From assembly GCA_963727445.1 (NCBI GenBank), contig CAVSGI010000009.1, positions 576,001 to 640,000 of the forward strand: 64,000 nt of DNA. The letters run 5' to 3'. The first letter of the stretch is position 1; the number at the start of each line of letters is the position of its first letter. Positions 48,704 to 57,674 of this stretch are shown one piece after another. The translations under genes were made by a program, and so were the position numbers. The notes beneath the pieces were generated by a model. The model ran no database searches. It worked only from the letters and a program-made list of their open reading frames with translations, and was not told where the DNA came from. The stretch is from an uncultured delta proteobacterium (GTDB lineage Bacteria > Myxococcota_A > Polyangia > Polyangiales > B10-G4).

Positions 48704-51700
48704 ATGATCAAGGTCCTGTGCCCCTCCTGTTCCGCTTCGTACGAGCTCGACGAACGTCGACTGCCTTCGTCCGGAGTGAAGATGAGATGCCCGAAGTGCG
48801 GGTCGGCTTTTCGCGTCCACCCCTCCGGTGAGGTGGGGCCGGCCGAAGCTGGCAAGCCTTCCCAGAAGCCAGCGGCGCCCAAACCCGCTGCACCGGCCAA
48901 GCCTGCTGCACCCACACCGCCGAAGGCTCCGGCCATGGCCCGTCCGCCCGCGCCCGGCAAGCGGAAGGTCAAGCACACCGTCATGGGGGTGGCTCCGCCC
49001 TCGCCCGAGGTGAGCAATCGCCCCACCCCCCCGCGCGGCATCGAGGTGCCAGACCTGGCAGAGCTCCCCGCACCGGTGAAGAGCACGCGCAGGGCATTCT
49101 CTGGCCCCGGTGGTCCGAAGCCGCCTCAGTTCGTTCCGAAGCCGCCGCCGGGAGCCGCGGCCAAGAAGGCGCAGGCCTTCGCGCCCAAGCCTCCCGGAGG
49201 GCGGCCCGATCCACGAACGACGAAGAAGACGCCCCCCCGCGAGTTCGCGGCGCCCGCGGCCAACGATGCGGCGCTGCCTACGCGCCGAAAGGGCCCGCGC
49301 GCCGCGCACACCAAGGCGACCCAGCCCAAGCAAGAGGCCGTTCGGCCCCACGACAAGGCGACGCCCGCAGCGCCTTTCGACAGCGTGGATCTACCCGCCG
49401 CGAAAGGTCCGATCGCGCCCGCGTTCCCTGGCGGTGGTGGCGGCGGAGCGGACCTCCCCGCGCCGAAGAAGCCCGTCGCGCCCGCGTTTCCTGGCGGCGG
49501 TGGTGGTGGCGGTGGCCGCATCCCGCAAGGGACGATGATGGGTCTCGGCGAGCTCGATCTGCCCGCCCCGAAGGAGAGCGCCGCTCTGCCCGCGCCCAAG
49601 GGCCCGCTGGCGCCTGCGTTTCCCGGCCCCGGTGGGGGTGAGCCCGAGGCCCGGCCCGCGGGCACGACCCCATTCGACGACCTGGACGCGCTGGCACCGC
49701 CGGCTGGCGACGACGCGGGCTTCGACATCGACCTGGCGACGTCGCAGAGCGCTGGCGGGGGCGACGAGATGTCTTTCGCGGATCTGGACCTGCCGGCGCC
49801 GAAGGGCGGCCGTGTGGATCTGCCAGCGCCGAAGAGCCCAGCGCTCAATGACGAGATGTCCTTTGCGGACCTGGACCTGCCGGCGCCGAAGGGCGGCGGT
49901 GTGGATCTGCCGGCGCCGAAGAGTCCGGCGCTGAACGACGAGATGTCCTTTGCGGATCTGGATCTGCCGGCGCCGAAGGGTGGCGGTGTGGATCTGCCGG
50001 CGCCGAAGAGTCCGGCGCTGAACGACGAGATGTCCTTTGCGGATCTGGATCTACCCGCGCCGAAGGGCGGCGGAGCCGATCTGCCCGCGCGGAAGGGTCA
50101 CGCGCTGGACGACGAGATGTCCTTCGCGGACCTCGATCTGCCCACGCCCAAGAACGTCGCGGATCTGCCCACGCCCAAGGGCGGCATCGACGAGCTCGAT
50201 CTGCCCACGCCCAAGCTCGACGTCGACCTGCCGATGCCCAAGCAGGGCGACGACCTCTTCGCGGATCTGGACCTGCCGATCCCGAAGGGACAGCAGGATC
50301 TTCCAACGCCGAAGAACGTCACCGACCTGCCGGTCTCGAGAGCGGGGGCGGATCTGCCGGCGGCGCGCGGCAGCGGAGGCTTTGGCGAGCTCGATCTCGA
50401 CCTGCCGGGCGCCGGCGGGGGCGACGACGGGATGGAGATCGACCTGCTGGGCGACGGCGGCGCCGCCGGGGGCATGGGAGGCGGCACCGAGCTGGATCTG
50501 CCGCTGCCGACCGACGAGCCGAGTGGCCCCGCGGGCGGCGCCCCGTATGGCGAGATCGATCTCGAGGCCGAGGGCGGCGAGGGCATGGAGCTCTCCGATC
50601 TCCCTCAGGAAAGCGCAAGCTTCGGTGCGGTCGGCGACGGGGATCTCGACGTCGTCAAGGACGAGCGTACGAAGGCGCGCGAGGCGCGTGCGCGCGACAA
50701 GGGCAAGGACGACGGAGAGAAGAAGCGTCCGGTCTGGCCGTTGGTGCTCTTCGGCGTCGTGCTCTTGATCGGCGGCGTCGGTATCGGGCTCGGCTTCACC
50801 CCTTACGGCTACTTCGGCGTTCATCTCGTCGAGCAGCTCCTGCCGGAAGCCGGTAGCGCGGAGGCCGTCGCGCAGGCGGTCGACACCGCCGAGGACCAGG
50901 CCAAGGCCGATACGTACGACACGGTCCGCCAGAGCTTGCGCACGCTCGCCAATGCGCGCTCGACCATGGGTCTGAACCGCGAGCTCCTCGCACGCAGCCT
51001 CGTCCACGAGGGCCTGTTCCAGGCGCGCTTCGGCGAGGACGCGCGAAGCGCGGGGCGCTCGGTCTCGATCCTGGCGCGTCTCGACGAGCGCGCCTACGAC
51101 GGGCCCGGCATGAAGCTGGCGCGGGCGGCCGATGCGCTTCGCCGGGGCGACGCGGCGCAAGCACGATCGCTCGCGGACCAGGCGCGAAACGAAGACGGAA
51201 GCGATCCTTACGTCGATCTGGTTGCAGGCGAAGCGGCGCTGCTCGCGGGCGACAACGAAGGTGCGGCGGAGCTCTTCACCGCCGCGGAGTCGAAGGATGG
51301 GGGTGCGCGCGCGCTGTGGGGCCACGCTCGGGCGCTCCTCGCGCTCGGGTCCGAGGACGCCGCGGCCGCGGTCGACGCGACCCTCGACGCGAGCCCGCGT
51401 CATTCGGAGGCGCGCATCGCGAAGGCGCGGCGGCTCTTCGCGGAAGGGGACCTCTCGCACGCCAAGACGCTCGCGCAGGAGGCGGCTGGCGCGCTGGTGG
51501 TCGGCGAGACCCGACTGCGCTCCACGACCGCTGCGCGTGCGGCGGCCTGGACGCTCCTCGGCCGTATCGGCGAGCGCGAGAACAACCGGCGCGAGGCGCG
51601 GGAGGCGTACGAGGCTGCGCTCGAGGCGGACGCGTTCCAGGTCTTCGCGCTCATCGGCGCGGGGCGGTCGCTCTTGCTCGACGAGCGGTATCGGGATGCG

Positions 51701-53185
51701 CTGACGCGCTTCGAGGCCGCGATCGAAACCGCGACGCAGCACCCGGATACGAACCCGCCTGCGGAGGGCGAGCGGCCGCTCCTCGACGAGGCCCGCCTCG
51801 GCGCGGCCCGGGCGATGTTCCACCTCGATCGGGCGCAGGACGCGCTTCGTGCGCTCGTCGCGCTCGGCGAGAGCCGGCCGGAGGACGGCGAGGTGGCGCT
51901 CTGGCTCGGGCGGGTGTCGGAGGCGTTGGGCGAGGTGGCGGACGCCGAGACCCACTATCGCGATGCGATTTCGCTCATGCCCGATCGCTTCGAGCCGTAC
52001 CTCGCGCTGTCGCAGCTCTTCTACGCCAACGATCGCAACAACGACGCGGCCGAGGTGCTGCAGCAGGCGCGCGACGTGGTGGAGGAGTCGGCCGAGATGC
52101 GGCGGCTCCTGGGGGAGTTCGAGCTCGAGCGGCGCAACTACGACTCGGCCATCGAGGAGTTCGGCCGGGCGGTGGAGCTGGACGCGACCGACGTGGCGGC
52201 GCGCTTCGGGCTCGGTGTGGCTCATCGGCGGAAGGGCGACCTGGACCAGGCCGACGTGGCGTTTTCCGAGGTCGCCGAGATCGATCCCGCATGGCCCGGG
52301 CTGGCGCTCGAGCGCGGCCTGGTCTTCGAAGCGCGCGGCGCTTCGGATCGCGCGGTGGAGGCCTACACGGTGGCCCTCGAGGATCGGCCGGAGGATCCGG
52401 ACCTGCTCCTGCGCCTCGGCGCGGCGCAGGTCGCCGATGGTCGCCTCGACGAGGCGGAGGACACGCTCCATCGCGTGCAGGCGTCGCGGCCGAACTCGGC
52501 GGAGGTCGAGCACTTCATGGGCCGCGTGTCGCTGGCCCGCGGCAACCTGCCGGTGGCGATGAACCACTTCGGACGCAGCATCGCCCTCGACCCGTCGAAG
52601 GGAGAGTTCCATCTCTACGTCGCGTGGGCCGCGCTCGAGATGGGCAATCTCGGCCGCGCCATGGAAGAGGTGAACGAGGCGTTGCGCCTCGACCCCAGCC
52701 TGGGCGATGCGTATTGGATCCGCGGTCGCGTCCGGCTTCGGGGTGGTGCTGTCGACGACGCCCTCGAAGATCTCGAGCGCGCCCTGCAGCTCAAGCCGAG
52801 CCGCTACGAAGCCTACGCCGCGATCGCCGAGTGCTACGACGGGCAGCGGCGCCTCTCCGACGCGATCGAGGCGTACAAGCGCGCCCTCGAGCACGACAAC
52901 AGCAAGGGCCAGTGGTGGTACCGCCTGGGCCGGCTGCAGCTCGACCTCGGCCGGCGCTCCCAGGCGATCCCGTCCCTCGAGCGCGCTGCGCTGATCGGCG
53001 ACGCCCTCGGAGACCCGCCCTCCTGGCTCGCCGATGCCCACCGCCTCCTCGGCGACTCCTTGCGCAACACCAACCGCGAACAGGCCATCGCCCACTACCG
53101 CCAATACCTCGCGGTCGCCCCCGACAACGCGATCGATCGCAACAACGTGCGCGACCAACTCATGCGCATGGGCGAATCCCCCTAG
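48704..53185 (+). CDS. MJ0042-type zinc-finger / Pro-rich repeat / TM / TPR protein (~1490 aa)
   Basis: CPSC..Y..MRCPKC..F; many DLPxPK repeats; one TM; long TPR array. Confidence 0.88.
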   Translation: MIKVLCPSCSASYELDERRLPSSGVKMRCPKCGSAFRVHPSGEVGPAEAGKPSQKPAAPKPAAPAKPAAPTPPKAPAMARPPAPGKRKVKHTVMGVAPPSPEVSNRPTPPRGIEVPDLAELPAPVKSTRRAFSGPGGPKPPQFVPKPPPGAAAKKAQAFAPKPPGGRPDPRTTKKTPPREFAAPAANDAALPTRRKGPRAAHTKATQPKQEAVRPHDKATPAAPFDSVDLPAAKGPIAPAFPGGGGGGADLPAPKKPVAPAFPGGGGGGGGRIPQGTMMGLGELDLPAPKESAALPAPKGPLAPAFPGPGGGEPEARPAGTTPFDDLDALAPPAGDDAGFDIDLATSQSAGGGDEMSFADLDLPAPKGGRVDLPAPKSPALNDEMSFADLDLPAPKGGGVDLPAPKSPALNDEMSFADLDLPAPKGGGVDLPAPKSPALNDEMSFADLDLPAPKGGGADLPARKGHALDDEMSFADLDLPTPKNVADLPTPKGGIDELDLPTPKLDVDLPMPKQGDDLFADLDLPIPKGQQDLPTPKNVTDLPVSRAGADLPAARGSGGFGELDLDLPGAGGGDDGMEIDLLGDGGAAGGMGGGTELDLPLPTDEPSGPAGGAPYGEIDLEAEGGEGMELSDLPQESASFGAVGDGDLDVVKDERTKAREARARDKGKDDGEKKRPVWPLVLFGVVLLIGGVGIGLGFTPYGYFGVHLVEQLLPEAGSAEAVAQAVDTAEDQAKADTYDTVRQSLRTLANARSTMGLNRELLARSLVHEGLFQARFGEDARSAGRSVSILARLDERAYDGPGMKLARAADALRRGDAAQARSLADQARNEDGSDPYVDLVAGEAALLAGDNEGAAELFTAAESKDGGARALWGHARALLALGSEDAAAAVDATLDASPRHSEARIAKARRLFAEGDLSHAKTLAQEAAGALVVGETRLRSTTAARAAAWTLLGRIGERENNRREAREAYEAALEADAFQVFALIGAGRSLLLDERYRDALTRFEAAIETATQHPDTNPPAEGERPLLDEARLGAARAMFHLDRAQDALRALVALGESRPEDGEVALWLGRVSEALGEVADAETHYRDAISLMPDRFEPYLALSQLFYANDRNNDAAEVLQQARDVVEESAEMRRLLGEFELERRNYDSAIEEFGRAVELDATDVAARFGLGVAHRRKGDLDQADVAFSEVAEIDPAWPGLALERGLVFEARGASDRAVEAYTVALEDRPEDPDLLLRLGAAQVADGRLDEAEDTLHRVQASRPNSAEVEHFMGRVSLARGNLPVAMNHFGRSIALDPSKGEFHLYVAWAALEMGNLGRAMEEVNEALRLDPSLGDAYWIRGRVRLRGGAVDDALEDLERALQLKPSRYEAYAAIAECYDGQRRLSDAIEAYKRALEHDNSKGQWWYRLGRLQLDLGRRSQAIPSLERAALIGDALGDPPSWLADAHRLLGDSLRNTNREQAIAHYRQYLAVAPDNAIDRNNVRDQLMRMGESP
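49763..50150 (+). repeat. Intragenic 87-bp (29-aa) tandem repeat
   Basis: DEMSFADLDLP(A/T)PK starts at 49763, 49850, 49937, 50024 and 50111. Confidence 0.9.
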
Positions 53186-53193
53186 TCGCTTCC

Positions 53194-53640
53194 CGCCCCC
53201 CCCTGTGGCCGGCCTTCGGCCGCCACCCGGCGCCTCAGGCGCCGTGCAGGGGAGGCCGACAGCACGCCCAGCGCCACCTGGGGCGGCGGTATCGCCGCCC
53301 CGCTCGTCGCGCATCAATCTGTCGGCCGCGGGGACGCAGTCCCCGAGGGAGTGTGGAGGGACGAAGTCCCTCACCAAAATCAACTCTCATCAAGCGCATC
53401 TCGTCCCGCCAACACCGCCCCCCCGTGGCCGGCCTTCGGCCGCCACCCGGCGCCTCAGGCGCCGTGCAGGGGAGGCCGACAGCACGCCCAGCGCCACCCG
53501 GGGCGGCGGTATCGCCGCCCCGCTCTTGACGCATCAATCTGTCGGCCGCGGGGACGCAGTCCCCGAGGGGAGCGTGGAGGGGGCGAAAGCCCCCTCACCA
53601 AAACAAAACCTCATCTAGCCCATCTGATCCCGCCAACCCT
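53194..53640 (+). repeat. Two tandem 220-bp structured units of the same family as 4490-5114
   Basis: GTGGCCGGCCTTCGGCCGCCAC at 53205 and 53425; shares GTGCAGGGGAG, GGGGCGGCGGTATCGCCGCCCCGC, CGCGGGGACGCAGTCCCCG and CCCTCACCAAAA with the first array. Confidence 0.93.
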
Positions 53641-53702
53641 CCAGACACAGCCCCTGCGTCTCCAAACACACGACGAGTACGGAAAGAACTGCGTTTTTCG
53701 GC

Positions 53703-53718
53703 CGGCACGTCCGCTGCA
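53703..53718 (+). promoter_or_regulatory. Putative sigma54 promoter
   Basis: CGGCACGTCCGCTGCA, close to the TGGCACG-N4-TTGC consensus. Confidence 0.6.
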
Positions 53719-53729
53719 TCCCCATGGGC

Positions 53730-53825
53730 ATGCTCCTCCTCGCCGCCATTCCCGTCGCGCTCGTCAGCTGGATCTTCTGGGCGACCCTCACGCAGGTCGC
53801 GCCGGAGCGACAGAGCCGGGTCTGA
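53730..53825 (+). CDS. Small single-TM protein (31 aa; 33 aa from ATG 53724)
   Basis: MLLLAAIPVALVSWIFWATLTQVAPERQSRV*; GC3-rich codons; stop abuts the convergent gene. Confidence 0.55.
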   Translation: MLLLAAIPVALVSWIFWATLTQVAPERQSRV

Positions 53826-55148
53826 TCAGAAGGCCCGCGCGGCGAGCTTCTTCGCGTGGCGCTTCGCGGCGTCGCGGACCCGCGCTTCGTCCATTTGTGT
53901 GAGCTCGCCCTTCTCCACCAACACCTCGCCATCGACGAGGACGTGTCGGACGTCGGCGGCGGTGCAGGAGTAGACGAGACGCGAGACGACGTCTCCGCCC
54001 GGCTCGGCGTGCGTGCCGTCGACCGAGACCACCGCGATGTCGGCGAGCTTGCCGGGCTCGATCGAGCCCAGCAGATGATCGAGGCCGAGCACCTTCGCGC
54101 CGTCGATGGTCGCCATCGCCAGCGCTTCGGCGGCGGGCAAAGCCGCCGCATCCTGCGCCTGCGCCTTCGCGAGGATCGCCGCCTCGCGCAGCTCGGTGAA
54201 GGGGTCCATCCGGTTGTTGCACGGCGCCCCATCGGCGCCGAGGCCCACCACCATCCCCGCGGCCCGCATGCGCACCACCTGCGCGATACCGCTCGACAGC
54301 TTCAGGTTGGCCGACGGGCAATGGACGAAGCGCGTCCCGTGCTTCGCCGCCCGCCGCATCTGCCCGAAGGTGAGCTGCACCCCGTGCGCCAGCACCGTCC
54401 GTGGGCCCCGGATCCCATAGTCCGACAAGAGGTCGACGTCATCCTTGCCGAGCGCGTCGCGCACGGCGCGCCGCTCGTCCGGGTGCTCTGCGGCGTGCGA
54501 GTGGATGATCGCCTCGCGATCTACCGCCAGCTCGGCGGTCTTGCGCAGGAGCTTCTCGCTGCACGACAGGATGAAGCGGGGTGCGAAGGCGTAGCCGAGC
54601 CGCCCGCCCGCCTCACCGTGCCACGCGTCGAAGAGACGCTCGCTCTCATCGAGGCTCTCTCGCGTCGTCTCCTTCAGCCCCGGGGGCACGCCACGGCCGC
54701 GGTCCATCATCGCCTTGCCCGAGAACCCACGGATCCCTGTCTCCTTCATGACGTGGAAGATCGCGTCCTGGTGATGCACCGTGCCCATGTCGAGGATCGT
54801 GGTCGTCCCCGCACGCAGCATCTCCGCGATGCCCAGCCGCGCGCTCGCGCGAAGGGAGGCGTGGTCGTGCGCTGCCTCGAGCGGCCATATCCGCTGTCGC
54901 AACCACGCGAGGAGCGGCAGGTCGTCCGCCATCCCGCGAAAGAGCGCCTGACACAGGTGGACGTGTGTCTGCACGAAGCCCGGCATCACCGCCGCCCCCC
55001 GCGCATCCAGCACCCGCACCGGGCGTGCTCTGCTCGCCGTCTTCCCGACCGCCGCGATCCGCCCATCCCGAACGAGGACGTCCGCGCGGCGAATCGTCTG
55101 GGCGGGATCCATCGTGACGACGGTCCCTCCGCGGATCAGTACGTCCAT
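53826..55148 (-). CDS. Amidohydrolase, 5'-deoxyadenosine/MTA-SAH deaminase-like
   Basis: PGFVQTHVH, HAAE, AHGV, HCPSANLKL, GADG, GSIEPGKLAD. Confidence 0.88.
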   Translation of the reverse strand: MDVLIRGGTVVTMDPAQTIRRADVLVRDGRIAAVGKTASRARPVRVLDARGAAVMPGFVQTHVHLCQALFRGMADDLPLLAWLRQRIWPLEAAHDHASLRASARLGIAEMLRAGTTTILDMGTVHHQDAIFHVMKETGIRGFSGKAMMDRGRGVPPGLKETTRESLDESERLFDAWHGEAGGRLGYAFAPRFILSCSEKLLRKTAELAVDREAIIHSHAAEHPDERRAVRDALGKDDVDLLSDYGIRGPRTVLAHGVQLTFGQMRRAAKHGTRFVHCPSANLKLSSGIAQVVRMRAAGMVVGLGADGAPCNNRMDPFTELREAAILAKAQAQDAAALPAAEALAMATIDGAKVLGLDHLLGSIEPGKLADIAVVSVDGTHAEPGGDVVSRLVYSCTAADVRHVLVDGEVLVEKGELTQMDEARVRDAAKRHAKKLAARAF

Positions 55149-55555
55149 CAATCTCCGCTGAGGTGGCTCGGGCCGAAGGCGAGGGGCAACAGCTCGTCCA
55201 CGCTGGTTGCCACCTCCTCGCCGCCGTTCGTGAAACAGCGGATGGGGAAGCTCGGCGGGAACTCCGCCAGCACCTGGCGGCAGGTCCCGCAGCAGGTCGC
55301 AGGCCGCTTGGCCGGCGTCACCACCGCCAGGGCGCGAAACCGCCGCATCCCGTCCGCGACCGCCGCCGCCACCGCGCTCCTCTCGGCGCAGAGACAGAGC
55401 CCATAGCTCGCGTTTTCGACGTTCGAGCCCACGTAGATCTTGCCGTTGTCCCCCAGGAGCGCCGCTCCCACCTCGAAGCCGCTGTAGGGCGCATAGGCGC
55501 GCTTCTGAATCTCGAGCGCCCTCTTCTTCAACAGCTCCCAGTCGACACTGCTCAC
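55148..55555 (-). CDS. cdd: Cytidine deaminase
   Basis: AYAPYSGFEVGAA, NVENASY, CAE, CGTCRQ. Confidence 0.95.
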   Translation of the reverse strand: MSSVDWELLKKRALEIQKRAYAPYSGFEVGAALLGDNGKIYVGSNVENASYGLCLCAERSAVAAAVADGMRRFRALAVVTPAKRPATCCGTCRQVLAEFPPSFPIRCFTNGGEEVATSVDELLPLAFGPSHLSGD

Positions 55556-56388
55556 GATGCACCCAGCTTTCCGAGGACGCCGGAGAGCAGGCCGACGAAT
55601 CGGTCCCTCACGCGCTCGGCGGTGTCCTTCACTTCGTCGTGGCTCAGCTCGGCCTGCATCCCCGCCGCGAGGTTGGTGATGCAACTGACGCCGAGCACGC
55701 GCGCGCCCATGTGTCGCGCGGCGATCACCTCGAGCACCGTGCTCATCCCCACCGCGTTCGCGCCGAGCGTGCGCAGCATCCGGATCTCGGCCGGCGTCTC
55801 GTAGCTCGGGCCGAGCAGCCCGGCGTACACCCCGCGCTTGAGCTCGTAACCGTCTGCCGAGGCGACCTCGTCGGCCAAACCCATCAGCTCGCGATCATAG
55901 GCCTGGCTCATGTCCGGGAAGCGCGGCCCCAGGCTGTCGTCGTTCTCGCCGCGCAGGCAGTTGTCGCCGGTGAGGTTCAAGTGGTCTTCGATCAGCATCA
56001 GATCGCCGGGTGCGAAGGTCGGGTCGATGCCGCCCGCGGCGTTCGTGATGAGGAGGGTGTCGGCGCCGAGGGTCAGCATCAAACGCGTCCCGAAGACGAT
56101 GCTCTGAGCGCTGTGTCCCTCGTAGAGGTGCACGCGTCCCTGCATCGCCACCACCGGAACACCGGCGGCCGTCCCCAGCACCAGGCGGCCGGCGTGCCCC
56201 GCCACCTTGGACGAAGGGATCCCCGGGATCTCGTCGTACGGGATCTTCACGGCATCCTCGATGTCGTCCGCCCATGCGCCCAGCCCGGAGCCGAGAACGA
56301 GCGCCACGCGAGGCTTGGTCTTCACTCGGCTGCTGACGACCTGTGCCGCCGCGCCGAGGGCTGCTCGGTTGCTCGTCCCTTCAGTCAT
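55552..56388 (-). CDS. punA: Purine nucleoside phosphorylase (trimeric PNP/XapA type)
   Basis: VLGSGLG, GRVHLYEG, TNAAGG, RFPDM, GPSYETPAE, VGMSTV. Confidence 0.93.
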   Translation of the reverse strand: MTEGTSNRAALGAAAQVVSSRVKTKPRVALVLGSGLGAWADDIEDAVKIPYDEIPGIPSSKVAGHAGRLVLGTAAGVPVVAMQGRVHLYEGHSAQSIVFGTRLMLTLGADTLLITNAAGGIDPTFAPGDLMLIEDHLNLTGDNCLRGENDDSLGPRFPDMSQAYDRELMGLADEVASADGYELKRGVYAGLLGPSYETPAEIRMLRTLGANAVGMSTVLEVIAARHMGARVLGVSCITNLAAGMQAELSHDEVKDTAERVRDRFVGLLSGVLGKLGAS

Positions 56389-56493
56389 GGAAGAGATGAA
56401 AGAATCCGGCGATCACAAAAGTCAAGAACGAGACGGTGTGGGCGCCCGGCGTGGCGAGCGCTCCCCCGGCGCGAGTGCTACATTTGAAGCGCG

Positions 56494-57636
56494 TTGTACC
56501 AAGGCCAGCACCTCCCCCTCGACCGCTCAGCCCTCAGGCTCCTTCCCTCGGAGGAGGTGCTCTGGCACGGGCAGCGGCAGGAGGTGCCCCGCGACAGGCG
56601 CTGGATCCTCGGCCCCGTGGTCCTGGTGGCGCTGGCCGTGGTCTTCATGGCCTTCGCCGCGCTCCTGTGGGTCGAGGGGGGTCCGGGAGTCCGGGAGAAC
56701 GTCTCCCTCTCCGCGCTCCTGCTGCTCTTCGCCACCGCGGTGGCCGTCGCCCCCCGCTACCTCCACGATCCCGCGGTCTACGTCGTCACCGACCGGCGCG
56801 TGATCTGGCGTCGCGGCGCGCTGACCCGGTCGGTGGAGCGGCGCTTCATCCAGTTCGGGCGCATCCGCTGGCATCGGAGCGTCGCTGGGGTCGGGCACCT
56901 GGAGCTGGTTCGCGCCGTCCCCTTCGGCCCTCTCGCGCGGCGCCAGCGCCTTCAGCTCCTCGACGTGCGGGCGCCCGACGTCGTCTTCGCGCTGATCCGC
57001 GGCGTCACCCCGGGTGAGAACCTCGGCGCCGCCGACGTGCCGCTGGTCGAGCGGCTCGATCCGGAGGAGCGCGTGGAGTGGGGCGGACACCCCGAGGGCT
57101 GGCACATCGGCCTGAGGGAGCTGGGCATCGCGCTGCTCGGCGCCTCGGTGGTGGTGGTCGCGCTGCGCTACGGCTATCAGGTCGCGCACATCCTCCTCGG
57201 TCTCGAGGTGCAGGGCCTGCCGGTTTCCTCGCTCACCTGGATGCTCTTCTTCTCCGCGGTCGCGGTGGCGTGGGTCGTCATCGCCACCGTGGGCGGCACG
57301 CTCCTGTGGTACGGCGCCTTTCGCACCCACGCCCTCGGCAACGACACCGAGTACCTGCTCACCAACGAGCGGCTCATCATTCGCCGGGGCCGCACCGAGC
57401 TCTCGGTGGACCGCCGGCAGATCGTGGACGTCGCCATGACGCGCAGCGTCCGGGGTCTGTCGAATCTCTTCCTGGTGCTCGACGCCCCGCAGAGTCGCGC
57501 CATCGCCTTGAGCGGCGCGCTCAAGCGGCTGCCTCCGCCCCGCGACCTCGTCGCGCCGGTGCTCTACGAGGTGAGCGACGTCGAGCGGGTGATGGAGCTC
57601 ATTTTGGCGCGACGCTCGCGACCGTCCGTGGTCTGA
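56494..57636 (+). CDS. Membrane protein with two bacterial PH-like domains
   Basis: Duplicated unit E.V.W.G.. / 2 TM / YVVTDRRVI and YLLTNERLI; TTG start uncertain. Confidence 0.7.
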   Translation: MYQGQHLPLDRSALRLLPSEEVLWHGQRQEVPRDRRWILGPVVLVALAVVFMAFAALLWVEGGPGVRENVSLSALLLLFATAVAVAPRYLHDPAVYVVTDRRVIWRRGALTRSVERRFIQFGRIRWHRSVAGVGHLELVRAVPFGPLARRQRLQLLDVRAPDVVFALIRGVTPGENLGAADVPLVERLDPEERVEWGGHPEGWHIGLRELGIALLGASVVVVALRYGYQVAHILLGLEVQGLPVSSLTWMLFFSAVAVAWVVIATVGGTLLWYGAFRTHALGNDTEYLLTNERLIIRRGRTELSVDRRQIVDVAMTRSVRGLSNLFLVLDAPQSRAIALSGALKRLPPPRDLVAPVLYEVSDVERVMELILARRSRPSVV

Positions 57637-57674
57637 GCTTTCGCGGTGGCCGGGGCGCGTGCACAATCCCCCGC

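Noticed and set aside
50051..53383. 1110-aa minus-strand ORF and other long antisense ORFs (e.g. 42782-44893, 36171-37811, 33299-35416, 60131-62215)
   Set aside because: Shadow frames of high-GC3 genes on the opposite strand; no recognisable motifs.
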